Made by a program: the position numbers and the translations under genes. From Nitrospirota bacterium (lineage in GTDB: Bacteria > Nitrospirota > UBA9217): a DNA stretch of 64,000 nt. The stretch covers positions 1,280,001 to 1,344,000 of the forward strand of contig CAVTRN010000002.1 in the NCBI GenBank assembly GCA_963737155.1, in the 5' to 3' direction. The stretch's first letter is position 1, and each line of letters begins with the position of its first letter. This document shows positions 45,101-53,371 of the stretch, one piece after another. The notes under the pieces are model-generated. The model did no database searches and was not told the DNA's origin. It saw only the letters and a program-made list of their open reading frames with translations.

Positions 45101-47090
45101 ACTTGATACAGTTTTCGTAGTTCACCGTTACCTTGCCGCGTCCCATGAGCGGAACGTCATAAATATAAACCCGGGCGGGACAAACCCACCAGAGTGCCGA
45201 CTTGGACATCTCCTGCTGCTCCGCAAGGGAGTCCGGCCAGAGGGTTTTTATGTGGGACGGGGTGCCCACACGGTATGTGTTGGCAGCGAGCTTTGTCTCC
45301 AGATTTTCACGGACCTTTACTGATTCGAGATTCCGCGCTTTCCTCTGTGATTCGCCATAAGCACTAACTGGTTCGGCTAGAAATTTGTCCACGGGCGTTT
45401 TTATCACGTAAAAACGAAAAGCGTCCCAAACGCCCGTCCAAAGGGCAATCAGAAAGAGCGAGGTGCCAAAGAGGGGAAGGATGAGGAGGTCGCTCAGGTT
45501 CAGGCCGCGTATGACGAGGAGAACGGCCTTTGATAATTTCTTATCTAGCGTCTGTCCGTCATGGGAATAGACCTGCTCGAGCGCGAGCAGGATTGCGGGC
45601 GAAAGCCGTTTGATGAATGAGTTTACAGGCCAAGGCAAATTTGAGGGGTCGATTGTCCCGTTGTTGATGCGAAGCAGGATGCCCAGCTTCGGGTCGGGGG
45701 CGGGTGTTTTTGTGAAGACATTGGCAATCCAGTGCCCGATTGTGGCCGGGTTGAATACGGACATCATAATTGGCTTCCATAGCCTGAGCGATCTGATCAT
45801 CTTCGAGTTGTCCGAAATGGACTCCCTGAGGCCGCGCCAGGAAAGAAGGTGGTTTCTGAGGAACCGTCCTGTTTGAATATAGCTTCCGCTTGATAAGAAA
45901 TGCGCTGATCCGCAGACGATGTCGACAGTCCTGCCGAAGAGGGCCGATGAACCCCCAAAATACTTAGGCCACGTTGACAGATACCGGGCATTTTTGCCGT
46001 ACGCACTGGCCTGGAGTGGCGCAAGATATTCCTGCTCGAGATTTTTCGCATCCGGCGTACGACCTCGGCCCAGTATTGCTTTCACGGCCCGAGCGAAGTA
46101 AAGTCCGGTTGCAGATGCCGGGCCGGTGAAATTCGGGAAGGGGAAGTCGATACCTAATCCGACAGGGGCTCCACCCACGGCAAGGCCGTCTTCAACCAGA
46201 ACAGGCCGTTCGGTCCATCCGCCACTCCTGATGAGCTTAGCTCCATAAGCGGAGAGTTCTGCGCTTCCGGCAAGTTCCTTTATATAGGGTAGTCCCCGCA
46301 ACCACTCGAAAAGTCTGTCGTGGTCGCCGTGGTAATGCTTTTTCAAATTGTCCAAGGGGACCACATATCCGAGAGACAGGCTGTCGCTGTTTGTATACAG
46401 GAACCCCCCGATATTAAGTCTAGCCGTCTTTCCGGCGATTGAAGCATTCCGGATGAGAAGCTCATAGGCGCATCCTTCGCCGGGTTGCAAATTGAACCGA
46501 GATTCGATGTCAGAAGGCTTGAGCGATAGCACTGCTTTCACACCCTGGAGATAATGAGGTTCCGAAACACGTTCGAGCTGTTCTGACCGAATCAGATGGG
46601 AAGCGTCGCCTTCGGCGATAAAAACGATGTCCGCATAAAGTGGCCCGCGGTTTGTCTGGACCCCGACGACTCTTCGACCCTTCCGAAGAAGTGCAAAAAC
46701 TGTTGTTTCGGTGATATGAACCGCACCTTTTCTGTGTGCAAGGTGCGCAAAGTAGGGGTCATAGATGGGTCTGAGCACAGTGTAGCAGTTTTTAAACGCA
46801 TCGGCGTTCATGAACTCCACGCCAACGACGTCAAGACCGTTATGCATGAGAGTTCCGCGCCGGATTACCCGCCGTTCAAAGGGTGCGGTCTCAACGGCTT
46901 CGCGGCCGAAGCAGTCATTTTCAGCAAGAATTTCGGTAAAGTAAACGCATCCCGACCAGTTTTCGGAACCTGCATAAACACCTGCTTCGATCAGCGCAAC
47001 GGATATACCCGCATTGGCAAGAGCGCCAGCAGCGGCGACACCCGCGGGACCGGCCCCGACAACAATGACATCGAATTTATACCGGATCAT
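39180..47090 (-). CDS. Giant fusion: FixC-like FAD oxidoreductase + FixX-like ferredoxin + two acyl-CoA dehydrogenase domains + EtfB + EtfA
   Basis: Unbroken 2636-aa ORF with GAGPAG; CPARVY..NCIKCETC; QVFGGFAYSED; FALTEPTAGSD, KMWITNG, IYEGTNEVQR; GATR, QIGQTG, GISGAPQH. Confidence 0.9.
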   Translation of the reverse strand: MIRYKFDVIVVGAGPAGVAAAGALANAGISVALIEAGVYAGSENWSGCVYFTEILAENDCFGREAVETAPFERRVIRRGTLMHNGLDVVGVEFMNADAFKNCYTVLRPIYDPYFAHLAHRKGAVHITETTVFALLRKGRRVVGVQTNRGPLYADIVFIAEGDASHLIRSEQLERVSEPHYLQGVKAVLSLKPSDIESRFNLQPGEGCAYELLIRNASIAGKTARLNIGGFLYTNSDSLSLGYVVPLDNLKKHYHGDHDRLFEWLRGLPYIKELAGSAELSAYGAKLIRSGGWTERPVLVEDGLAVGGAPVGLGIDFPFPNFTGPASATGLYFARAVKAILGRGRTPDAKNLEQEYLAPLQASAYGKNARYLSTWPKYFGGSSALFGRTVDIVCGSAHFLSSGSYIQTGRFLRNHLLSWRGLRESISDNSKMIRSLRLWKPIMMSVFNPATIGHWIANVFTKTPAPDPKLGILLRINNGTIDPSNLPWPVNSFIKRLSPAILLALEQVYSHDGQTLDKKLSKAVLLVIRGLNLSDLLILPLFGTSLFLIALWTGVWDAFRFYVIKTPVDKFLAEPVSAYGESQRKARNLESVKVRENLETKLAANTYRVGTPSHIKTLWPDSLAEQQEMSKSALWWVCPARVYIYDVPLMGRGKVTVNYENCIKCETCWRAEPARTLWGRHTDHKLIYRPESGTISLLLNSLRDSSPRFRPSEAGHAIIRALDETVWYLSDNIKAACRSALNATLAFMDAVKQFPSSGDKSRKAWPLLIGKRLIEKLGHLETALSNDSREGLSQLIHSDKTAIELRLMEGKLFHVFYNCRTLEQRLLTWRGVRDVEPPATTAKARRSTGTISYESISLLFPDRVVKQWEEEPLGAAGAAMLHTFIADHTDSPHEAVRALSTISPALGLIAAHQFAAIKTLRTAGTMLNPGICAVRAEHLVIEEGLESVRIRGTLNFVPLAACHTLLLIAGGRGNIIPLTTNGVMITSTPTIGFRAASFSDVTLDCSVKRHDVLAHDNNGIPCAFSYLAVALGAADYLSRRAAEHAIGRIQFPGQMLDTEGRDGIAKLGAVKAMISRIEAWRLLLKTLFDSFAELETPDTELDLISSTLAAAAFGPEPGSLGYDAGQVFGGFAYSEDDLLSRFYRDSALFRFLSPGYGAAASLHALLRLRGRDRSIFQSWKSMTIRGEPLEKRAKQLEELETLCIDLPEDVDSLLAGQVKALLIGIRIVLHKIELALENGTSREAEAAAAEVLLGQAKTMLQEALLSAGRGRVSPSALFPAEPILPSVALDSDYKTFCTTPGVPHSSGSFLKNVFDRSPRYLPEIQLHDPHLRARWLELTDWFKINCRDKFFGGLFIERAIERDHSLPDEVITAIKEHKWLATYIPQAENGLGWHKAEYYILNSAAGNFGDAAINLLIMASTSIGTTPILLGLEDELPRVREELAPLAHDSRHLGEISKRLAGIIKSFSSPDPAWIRKEYESIMKLVDDRIRHTRVVKYLSSNFLRAFYSAGVAGQRGDFNGFITALKHATELFEHVMPDIVAALDELPRRERCHKLFLRYLGHSGVSAFALTEPTAGSDSGGIKTIARLSVAELTPLEDGRYAFYVDEIDEKNIRYLIDADRILFTRQGIAYGTPDGQSSLIHYDHYDYTSDRGTRYYHYKGSVCEFHDIGQSRMAGTKPMYEYYRLTGAKMWITNGSIATQFCLFARTDEGVTGFLVDRHSEGLKVGADEKKMGQRGSPTNEISIDNVRVPREAVIGYEGHGQANALETLNVGRCGLAVVSGALMHKLLDEARSQLTPSPDRDKLLGEAAAILFGSESLAFYLIGLFDRPHESVRMESAIAKYACSEDIHELLTLVEYAFGPQGQTEHFLLEKARRDARILTIYEGTNEVQRFLILRDLITQAQTWPELTAQSRDNSAQVLAEWKNMLRTFVKDAVALLGDLSWSDAMLQPALFPLADMAGEILRLECIYYRMEWLGCRKKLLEQSDPEYVPLLLIAGDRAAERTLARLAAIRDRFKYAWEQVRQNLDLAEVRAADAALGRAYLQVETVFETSAPLKAQLRILCILRPVFDLSPKPRLEHGSIKEIVEITDPLDLSGVTQALSLKAESSNMVYVDALLIGNAGHEQLLRSAAASADRLIRLNCNFATPAEIASTVHTLEVMNQYDLITIGSSCLNGEQGAGAYLAGALSRTHYRKSRFLARPDGMGLEQIAPPAVLSITGVTAPSEQDISMTVTSSFAHIMVINSAIQSAAAQTPRFERPAGAAAPAATITTVQAAAEYLGNYAAQARSAQAEEYQGEIVRGRLSDDHAIWAILDPREQKANAAILRAGRKIADGFSRPMNAVVAAPRAFWSMLLGLTRANGADRAFCLDTGDSMLSIEGKEELLRVITKTSDKPLVLGGSYWLDAFGVVAAQLFSTGRHVHVYGDIGSIVYQEDRSMRISMAAYDNRLIRKERLGEESAFLTIPRNAEFGAPEMRSNFTAVALEYPLSSEWLMPLPPEALTTLSQADIIIDLGYGIRDRAGFELAQELKSVLEGRGLAPLFGATRKVTQDLKLLPLDAQIGQTGIRVNPKLIIALGISGAPQHIDYVGTRTEILCFNKDPDAPLMKLNQNRHAPIVHPIEGDLFVTVRELIEKLG

Positions 47091-47421
47091 GAGTTCTCCT
47101 GTGAACGAGAGAAGGATGCATGGAACATGAAATTGAAATGAGGAAGGTTTGCTGAGTATTCTTTGGTTAGATTATAGCAAATATTCGCACAGCAAGTTAA
47201 TGCCAAGAGGAGAAATAATTCCAGAATTCGTAATTTTCAAGGGTAATGCGGTCTTGAGATATTGTTTATCATAGACACTGCACCTGCCATTTCTTTCTAC
47301 GCAAGAAGTCCTGATAGTATTTAAACCGCAACTTGACAAAATGCTCTTTCCAGAAAGAATCTCGTGAATGTGTTGGCTTAGGCTTACACTGCCTGAGTTA
47401 CAGATTTTTTCAATTATCATC

Positions 47422-47450
47422 TTGACATGGTGGCGCGACTAATGTATGCT
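47422..47450 (+). promoter_or_regulatory. Sigma70-type promoter of cold-shock gene
   Basis: TTGACA-17 nt-TATGCT. Confidence 0.6.
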
Positions 47451-47508
47451 TAGCCATCCGTGGACATGTTCCCGGGTAATTTCAAAAACGAAGCAGAGGA
47501 GAAACAGA

Positions 47509-47709
47509 ATGGCAAATGGTGTAGTGAAGTGGTTCAACAACAGCAAGGGGTTTGGGTTCATCACGCAGGAAAATGGTGAGGATGTGTTCGTTCATTTTTC
47601 GGCGATCCAGGGTGATGGTTTCAAGTCCCTGAACGAGGGCGACAAGGTGACCTTCGAAGTTGTGAAGGGGCCCAAAGGCCTTCAGGCAGCCAACGTAAAT
47701 AAGGCTTAA
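47509..47709 (+). CDS. Cold-shock protein (CspA family)
   Basis: [30 protein letters not shown]. Confidence 0.96.
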   Translation: MANGVVKWFNNSKGFGFITQENGEDVFVHFSAIQGDGFKSLNEGDKVTFEVVKGPKGLQAANVNKA

Positions 47710-47742
47710 TAAGATTCGGAGAAAATAATACTTAAACACTCC

Positions 47743-47773
47743 AAAAGCCCCTGAAAAATCAGGGGCTTTTTTT
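47743..47773 (+). terminator. Rho-independent terminator
   Basis: aaaagcccctga-aaaa-tcaggggcttttttt. Confidence 0.85.
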
Positions 47774-47859
47774 ATATCCTTGGCGTTTGCGGGAGGGCGG
47801 GTACTCACCGATTTCTTTGTTGCGGATTCTAAATATTCTTATTTTTATAAAAAACATCC

Positions 47860-48400
47860 TTGAATACCCAGCAGCTTGCTGCTGGGATGAAAAGGATATC
47901 CTGACGAAGTCAGGATGATTTTCTGATACAATACGGGCCATGAGCCCATTGAGAAGAAGCAGACATTGTGTCTATGATCTCAAGTACCATTTCGTATGGA
48001 TACCGAAATATCGTAAAAAACTGTTCGACGTTCGGATGACGAAACGATTGAAAGAAATCTTTCGTGAGATAGCTGAACAGTACGATTTGGAAATAGATAC
48101 GATGGAAGTCATGGATGACCATGTACACTTGTTTTTGGTTGTTCCTCCGAAGTATGCGTCTGCGAAGGTAGTACAAATGATTAAAAGTATCTCCGCCAGA
48201 ATAATGTTCCAAGAGTTCCCGGAGATAAAGAAAAAGCTCTGGGGAGGGGAACTGTGGAACGATGGTTACTTTGTCCGTTCGGTTGGCGACAAAGTAACGG
48301 CGGAAGTGATTAGAAACTATATTCGGTATCAGCATGATGAGCAAATAGGTTTTAGATTCTAGTCAAAATGCCTCGCAGCTTGCTGCGGGGTTATTTACTT
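47860..48400 (+). mobile_element. IS200-type element with subterminal hairpins
   Basis: cccagcagc-tt-gctgctggg (47867-47886) and cctcgcagc-tt-gctgcgggg (48371-48390) flank tnpA. Confidence 0.85.
47940..48362 (+). CDS. tnpA: IS200/IS605-family Y1 transposase
   Basis: YHFVWIPKYR, DHVHL (HUH), LW..GYFV.SVG, YIRYQ catalytic Tyr. Confidence 0.95.
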   Translation: MSPLRRSRHCVYDLKYHFVWIPKYRKKLFDVRMTKRLKEIFREIAEQYDLEIDTMEVMDDHVHLFLVVPPKYASAKVVQMIKSISARIMFQEFPEIKKKLWGGELWNDGYFVRSVGDKVTAEVIRNYIRYQHDEQIGFRF

Positions 48401-48439
48401 TGAGGGGGGCAGACACTTCGCAGCCTCATTATTGCCTCA

Positions 48440-48739
48440 GCTTTATACGCGGCTGTCTATCTCACTGACTACAGCGGTACCCAGAAGACATACTCGACGA
48501 CCGTACCGCGGTCCGCTACGATGTGAATCGCAGGAGATTCCTATCTCACTCCCTATGACACTTGCGACGTGCACGAACAACGTCTGCTTCGAGCTCACTA
48601 CCCATCAACTTATGTGGAGCAGGATCAGCGCCCCGACGCTTCCGAAATAGAATCCCGGCATGAATCCGAGTTCCATAAACATCAGACCGCCAATAGTTGC
48701 TCCAATTTTCATTCCTGCTTTTACCGGTTCGCGCTTCAT
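48440..48739 (-). pseudogene. Decayed small Gly-rich membrane protein
   Basis: MKREPVKAGMKIGATIGGLMF...PGFYFGSVGALILLH, then frameshifts (KLMGSELEA..., LLGTAV). Confidence 0.5.
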
Positions 48740-48809
48740 GTGGAAGTACTATCTGCAACATAATTGACCGTTTGTTCCGCTTGCACCGCTATGCTTCGAT
48801 ACTTCCATC

Positions 48810-49070
48810 GTTCAGCCGAAGATCCTGGACGCGGCGGAGGATGAAGTTACAATTTCTATTCCCTCGACCGGAACGCCGACGAGCACGGATGCGAATAGGA
48901 TGGCCTTCGGCAGAATTTTCGGTTCGAGCGCCAATCCGAATATCATTCATGCGAATTTTATTCCCGGTGATCCTCCGAGGAGACTGCCGGGAAGAGCATT
49001 TATCGTGCGAATACCACAAGATATAACAAGGCGCTTCCGAGGCTGATTTTGTTGAGATTGAGATCTTCAT
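48810..49070 (-). pseudogene. Decayed paralog of the adjacent small membrane protein
   Basis: AAGGAG RBS + MKISISTK, then shifted frame LPGSLLGG..GIKFA*MIFGLALEPKILPKAILFASVLVGV. Confidence 0.5.
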
Positions 49071-49338
49071 GTTTGCATACTCCTTTTTATTTTGCCTTGC
49101 TTTCTGAAATTGCACGAGCCATGTCAAAATATGACCATGTGAATTTACCGGGTGTTCTGTGCGCGTATCTGCAGAGTTGAGAAAAGGGATTAATCTTTTT
49201 TTAGAAATTCAAAGGGAAGAGGTTATATTTAAACGATGGGATGCCAAGAAGTGAGTTAAAAAGCGCTGACGTGCTGTGTTTGTCTTCATCAAAGGGTTGT
49301 GAAAGGAGAAAGCGTTGTCCTGTGCATTGTTGGGCGGG

Positions 49339-50316
49339 TTATTGAGTAAAAAGGAAAACGAATTTTTCGAACAATTCCTTGTGAAAGTTTTTCACCAGGG
49401 TTTCCTTCATGAGTTTGAGCGCTCCGAATGTGTTGAGCTTTTGCTGGTACGAGCGGTCCGAAGTAAGTGCGTCATAAACATCGGCGATGCAGCAGATGCG
49501 GCCGTAGGTGTGAATCTGGTCCTCTTTGAGCCTTCCCGGGTAGCCAGAACCATCCTCTCGTTCGTGATGTTGCATGACGATGATCATGCATTCCTCGGTC
49601 AGCTGATTAGTTTCCTTCAGGATATTGTATCCCTCGGTGGGGTGTAATTTCATAGTGTGCATTTCTTCTTCCGTGAGTTTCCCCCGTTTGTTGATGATGG
49701 AGGGGTTGATGCGGACTTTGCCGATGTCATGCAGAAAAAAACCGGCGCCGAGCTCGTGCATGTCATGGGCATCGGACCCCTTGAAGGCCGACTTGGCGAG
49801 TAAAACCGAAAAGACGCCCACATTCACCGAATGGGTATAGGTGTAGAAGTCATAACATGTGATTTTGAGTAATTCCCTCGATGTAACATCATCGGCTATG
49901 ATGAGGTCAACGATTTCCGAGATGTTTTTTTTTGCTTCGCGGATATTTTCCGCTCTCGGGTCCTCAAAGAGTCGCTCCACGAGAACGCGCGAAGCTTCGT
50001 ATACAAGTTTTGATTTTATTTCCGGCGGAAGCGACAGGTCGTGTATGATCTCGCGAAATTCGGGTGGGACCAGCGTTTCAGGCGACCACGTTTTCGGTGG
50101 AACGATTGTCGGGGGCCCGACCGGAGGTAAATCAGTCCATTCTCCTTTATCCGTATTGATAACTATTTCGGTGATGCCATGGTCGATGATCTTGTCAATC
50201 TGGTCTTGTGATTTTATGATGAACTCGTTTTTTAAAAAAGGGTGCTTGAACCAAGATACGGGCAGCATGATGTACATGCCGACCGCGAGGTCCTGTACTT
50301 TGATCGTCTTATTCAT
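49339..50316 (-). CDS. HD-GYP c-di-GMP phosphodiesterase with DUF3391-like N-terminus
   Basis: DLAVGMYI..SW..HPF; YTYTHSVNV, HDIGK, HHEREDGSGYP, DVYDALTSDRSY. Confidence 0.9.
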   Translation of the reverse strand: MNKTIKVQDLAVGMYIMLPVSWFKHPFLKNEFIIKSQDQIDKIIDHGITEIVINTDKGEWTDLPPVGPPTIVPPKTWSPETLVPPEFREIIHDLSLPPEIKSKLVYEASRVLVERLFEDPRAENIREAKKNISEIVDLIIADDVTSRELLKITCYDFYTYTHSVNVGVFSVLLAKSAFKGSDAHDMHELGAGFFLHDIGKVRINPSIINKRGKLTEEEMHTMKLHPTEGYNILKETNQLTEECMIIVMQHHEREDGSGYPGRLKEDQIHTYGRICCIADVYDALTSDRSYQQKLNTFGALKLMKETLVKNFHKELFEKFVFLFTQ

Positions 50317-50422
50317 AGAGAAACATATTACCACAAAAAGGAAAAAAAAAGCACACCTAAGATGAAGTTTGGTCAACCTTCTCGCGGTGTGCCTTAAAAC
50401 GACTTACCGTTTATAAAAATAC

Positions 50423-51814
50423 TTATGTCCAGCGGCTCTGCCGGGCCGGTTTGGTTGATCTGAAATCGGAGAATTTCCCTTCATCCGTCTTTCGGCTTCT
50501 CTTCTCATCTCTCGTGAACCGAGAATCCCTGTTTGATTTCCCGGCGGGTCGAGCAGCGAAGGAGTTTTTCGGTGCCATGCCTTGACCGTACCGTCTTGCT
50601 GCGGTTTCGCTTTGCCCGCGCTTGCCCGATGAAGGGCCTGGCCTGCTTGCGGTAAAACCTCTGCGAAGCGGGCGGGAAGGTTCCAGACCCGGGATCACCT
50701 GCTGCGGAATAGTCTGGCCGATGTAGCGCTCGATCTGGCGCAGGGAATCAACTTCTTTAGAGGAAGCGAAGGAGATTGCAATGCCCGATGCTCCGGCTCT
50801 GCCGGTGCGGCCGATGCGATGAACGTAATCCTCGGCGTTTTTCGGTAGATCGAAATTGATCACGTGGGTGATACCGTTGACATCGAGTCCTCGCGCCGCG
50901 ACGTCGGTTGCCACGAGAAGGCGGATTTTGCCGCGCCGCATGTTCATGATCGTCCGGTTCCGAGCGTTCTGGTTCATATCGCCGTGCAAAGCCGCTGCCG
51001 AATGTCCCTGCGCCGAAAGTTCACGGGCAATCTGATCGGCATTGCGCTTCGTTCCGGAAAAAATGATCGCCCTAGTCATGCCGCTGTCGGCGATCAGGTG
51101 ATTCAGTATCCTGTTCTTATGCTGCATGTCGTCTGCGGTGTGCAGACGCTGTTCGATCGCTTCAAGGGTGGTCTTCTTTCCGGCGATTTCGATGCGCACA
51201 GGGTCTTTAAGCAGGCGCCGGGCAAGTTTCGCCATCGCATTGTCCATAGTCGCTGTGAACATCAGGGTTTGGCGCGAAGCCGGTGTGGCCGCGGCGATAG
51301 TGTCCACTGCGTCGCTGAAACCCATATCGAGCATGCGGTCGGCTTCATCAAGGATGAGAAGCTCAAGACGGGTGAAATCAATTCGTCCTCTTTCCATATG
51401 GTCCATGAGACGTCCCGGCGTGGCCACAATGAGGTCTACGGGCTGGGACAAGAGCCGCTGCTGCTCGAAGTAGGGCATGCCACCAAGAATGGCGCCGCTC
51501 CGGATGCGCATAAACTTTCCGTAGGTGCTTACCGCCGCTGTCACCTGATTGGCCAGTTCGCGTGTGGGTGTGAGCACGAGCACGCGGGGTCCTTTGGATT
51601 TTTTCATTGACGTCGACGGCACGCACAGGCGCATGAGTGCCGGCAGCACGAAAGCTGCGGTCTTGCCGGTGCCGGTCTGGGCCGTGGCGATCAGATCTAG
51701 ACCTGCCAAAGCCTTGGGAATGGCCTGCTCCTGGATCGGTGTGGGTGCGGCATAGCCACACAGTTTAACCGCCTTGAGGATTGCTTCGTTAAGCTGCAAG
51801 GTAGAAAAAGACAT
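50423..51814 (-). CDS. DEAD-box RNA helicase (RhlE-like)
   Basis: AQTGTGKT, PTRELA, TPGRL, DEADRMLDMGF, ARGLD, HRIGRTGRAG. Confidence 0.95.
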   Translation of the reverse strand: MSFSTLQLNEAILKAVKLCGYAAPTPIQEQAIPKALAGLDLIATAQTGTGKTAAFVLPALMRLCVPSTSMKKSKGPRVLVLTPTRELANQVTAAVSTYGKFMRIRSGAILGGMPYFEQQRLLSQPVDLIVATPGRLMDHMERGRIDFTRLELLILDEADRMLDMGFSDAVDTIAAATPASRQTLMFTATMDNAMAKLARRLLKDPVRIEIAGKKTTLEAIEQRLHTADDMQHKNRILNHLIADSGMTRAIIFSGTKRNADQIARELSAQGHSAAALHGDMNQNARNRTIMNMRRGKIRLLVATDVAARGLDVNGITHVINFDLPKNAEDYVHRIGRTGRAGASGIAISFASSKEVDSLRQIERYIGQTIPQQVIPGLEPSRPLRRGFTASRPGPSSGKRGQSETAARRYGQGMAPKNSFAARPAGKSNRDSRFTRDEKRSRKTDEGKFSDFRSTKPARQSRWT

Positions 51815-52257
51815 ATTACTCCTTTGATTTCGTGCCCCGGAATATCGTAAGTGAGTCCGGATGCAGAAATCCCGTTAGGGGTTTGCGTGCAGGCCGCAGG
51901 GACACATGGTATTCCTGAGAGCGAAAATGATACCAGCACAAATATGACCGGCATAACTCCATCGTTCGCCAACCATAAGTGCTACTGCATTTTCAGAGTG
52001 AGGGCTGAAAACAAGGGGGGTTGATGATCGATGATATGAAGGGCAGAGAAGATGATGACGTGTGAGTGTACTTCAGTCAGATTCCTGCCACATTGTTAAA
52101 CAGTCGGTTTGTATGATACAGATATTCTTTGAAATAGCAAGAACTATTTTTAAACGCGCGGATCACTAAGAAGCGTAACCCCTCATGCCACGAGAAGGAG
52201 ATGGCTCACGAGGGAGTTATCTTCGCCCAACCTGCGTTTGCCCTCTGTAGCCATGAC

Positions 52258-53262
52258 TCAGAGCGGCATGGTGGGGCGGGGGTTTAAATCGAGTTTCGAT
52301 GTTTCGCCGCGCTTGTAATGAAGATAACCCGTGAGTGCGATCATGGCGGCATTGTCGATGCAGAGGCCCATGCCCGGGAGGTAGAGCGCGATACTCCGTT
52401 TCTCCGATTCCGCTTGCATTTTTCCCCTGAGCGAGCTGTTCGCTGCGACGCCGCCTGCGACTACGATCTTGTCCACGCCTGTTTCAAGCGCTGCCTTCAA
52501 GGTTTTCTCGACGAGAGTATCCACAACTGCTGCTTGAAACCCAGCAGCCACATCCCTGATGTTAAGATCCGGATCGATACCCCTGTCCTTGCTCATGAAA
52601 AGTGCGATATGGTTTCTCACCGCGGTTTTAAGACCGCTAAAGCTAAAGTCGTAACCTTCAAGATGGCAACGCGGAAACTTTATGGCCGTGGGATCGCCTA
52701 CCTGGGCGAGGCGGTCAACCACCGGGCCGCCGGGATATTCGAGACCCATGAGCTTGGCGACTTTGTCAAAAGCTTCGCCCGCTGCATCATCCCTGGTTTG
52801 TCCGAGCAGGCCATACTCACCGAGTCCCCTGACTTGGTAGAGCGCTGTATGGCCGCCCGAAACGAGTAGGGCGATGTAAGGGTAACCGATAACAGGATAT
52901 TCGATATGCGCCGCAAGGATATGCCCTTCACCGTGGTGCACGCCGATAAAGGGGATGTTAAGTGCATAAGCAATGGATTTGGCGACTGATACCCCGACGA
53001 GCAAAGCCCCGATCAGACCGGGCGTGTAGGTCACGGCCACAAGGTTGATGTCGCCGAGTGAGACCGAAGCCGAGACGAGCGCCTCGCGGATGATAGGTAC
53101 CAAGTTTTTCAGGTGCTCGCGGGATGCAAGCTCGGGAACCACGCCTCCGTATTTCTTATGGATGTCGATCTGTGAAGACACGATGTTTGAAAGGACTTTT
53201 TCGTCCTGAAGCACCGCAGCCGCGGTTTCATCGCATGAAGTCTCTATCCCGAGGATAAACAT
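52258..53262 (-). CDS. tsaD: tRNA N6-threonylcarbamoyltransferase
   Basis: GIETSCDET, GGVVPELASREH, HHGEGH, VSGGHT, DDAAGEAFDK, DNAAMI. Confidence 0.96.
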   Translation of the reverse strand: MFILGIETSCDETAAAVLQDEKVLSNIVSSQIDIHKKYGGVVPELASREHLKNLVPIIREALVSASVSLGDINLVAVTYTPGLIGALLVGVSVAKSIAYALNIPFIGVHHGEGHILAAHIEYPVIGYPYIALLVSGGHTALYQVRGLGEYGLLGQTRDDAAGEAFDKVAKLMGLEYPGGPVVDRLAQVGDPTAIKFPRCHLEGYDFSFSGLKTAVRNHIALFMSKDRGIDPDLNIRDVAAGFQAAVVDTLVEKTLKAALETGVDKIVVAGGVAANSSLRGKMQAESEKRSIALYLPGMGLCIDNAAMIALTGYLHYKRGETSKLDLNPRPTMPL

Positions 53263-53371
53263 GGTTTGGTAATCGTAATACTGTCAGGATTACAGTGGGA
53301 CAAGGGACAGGCGGCAAGAGTCAAATAATAAAGTCCTATTGACCTATGGTGCCTGACTCGTGACTCTGTGT

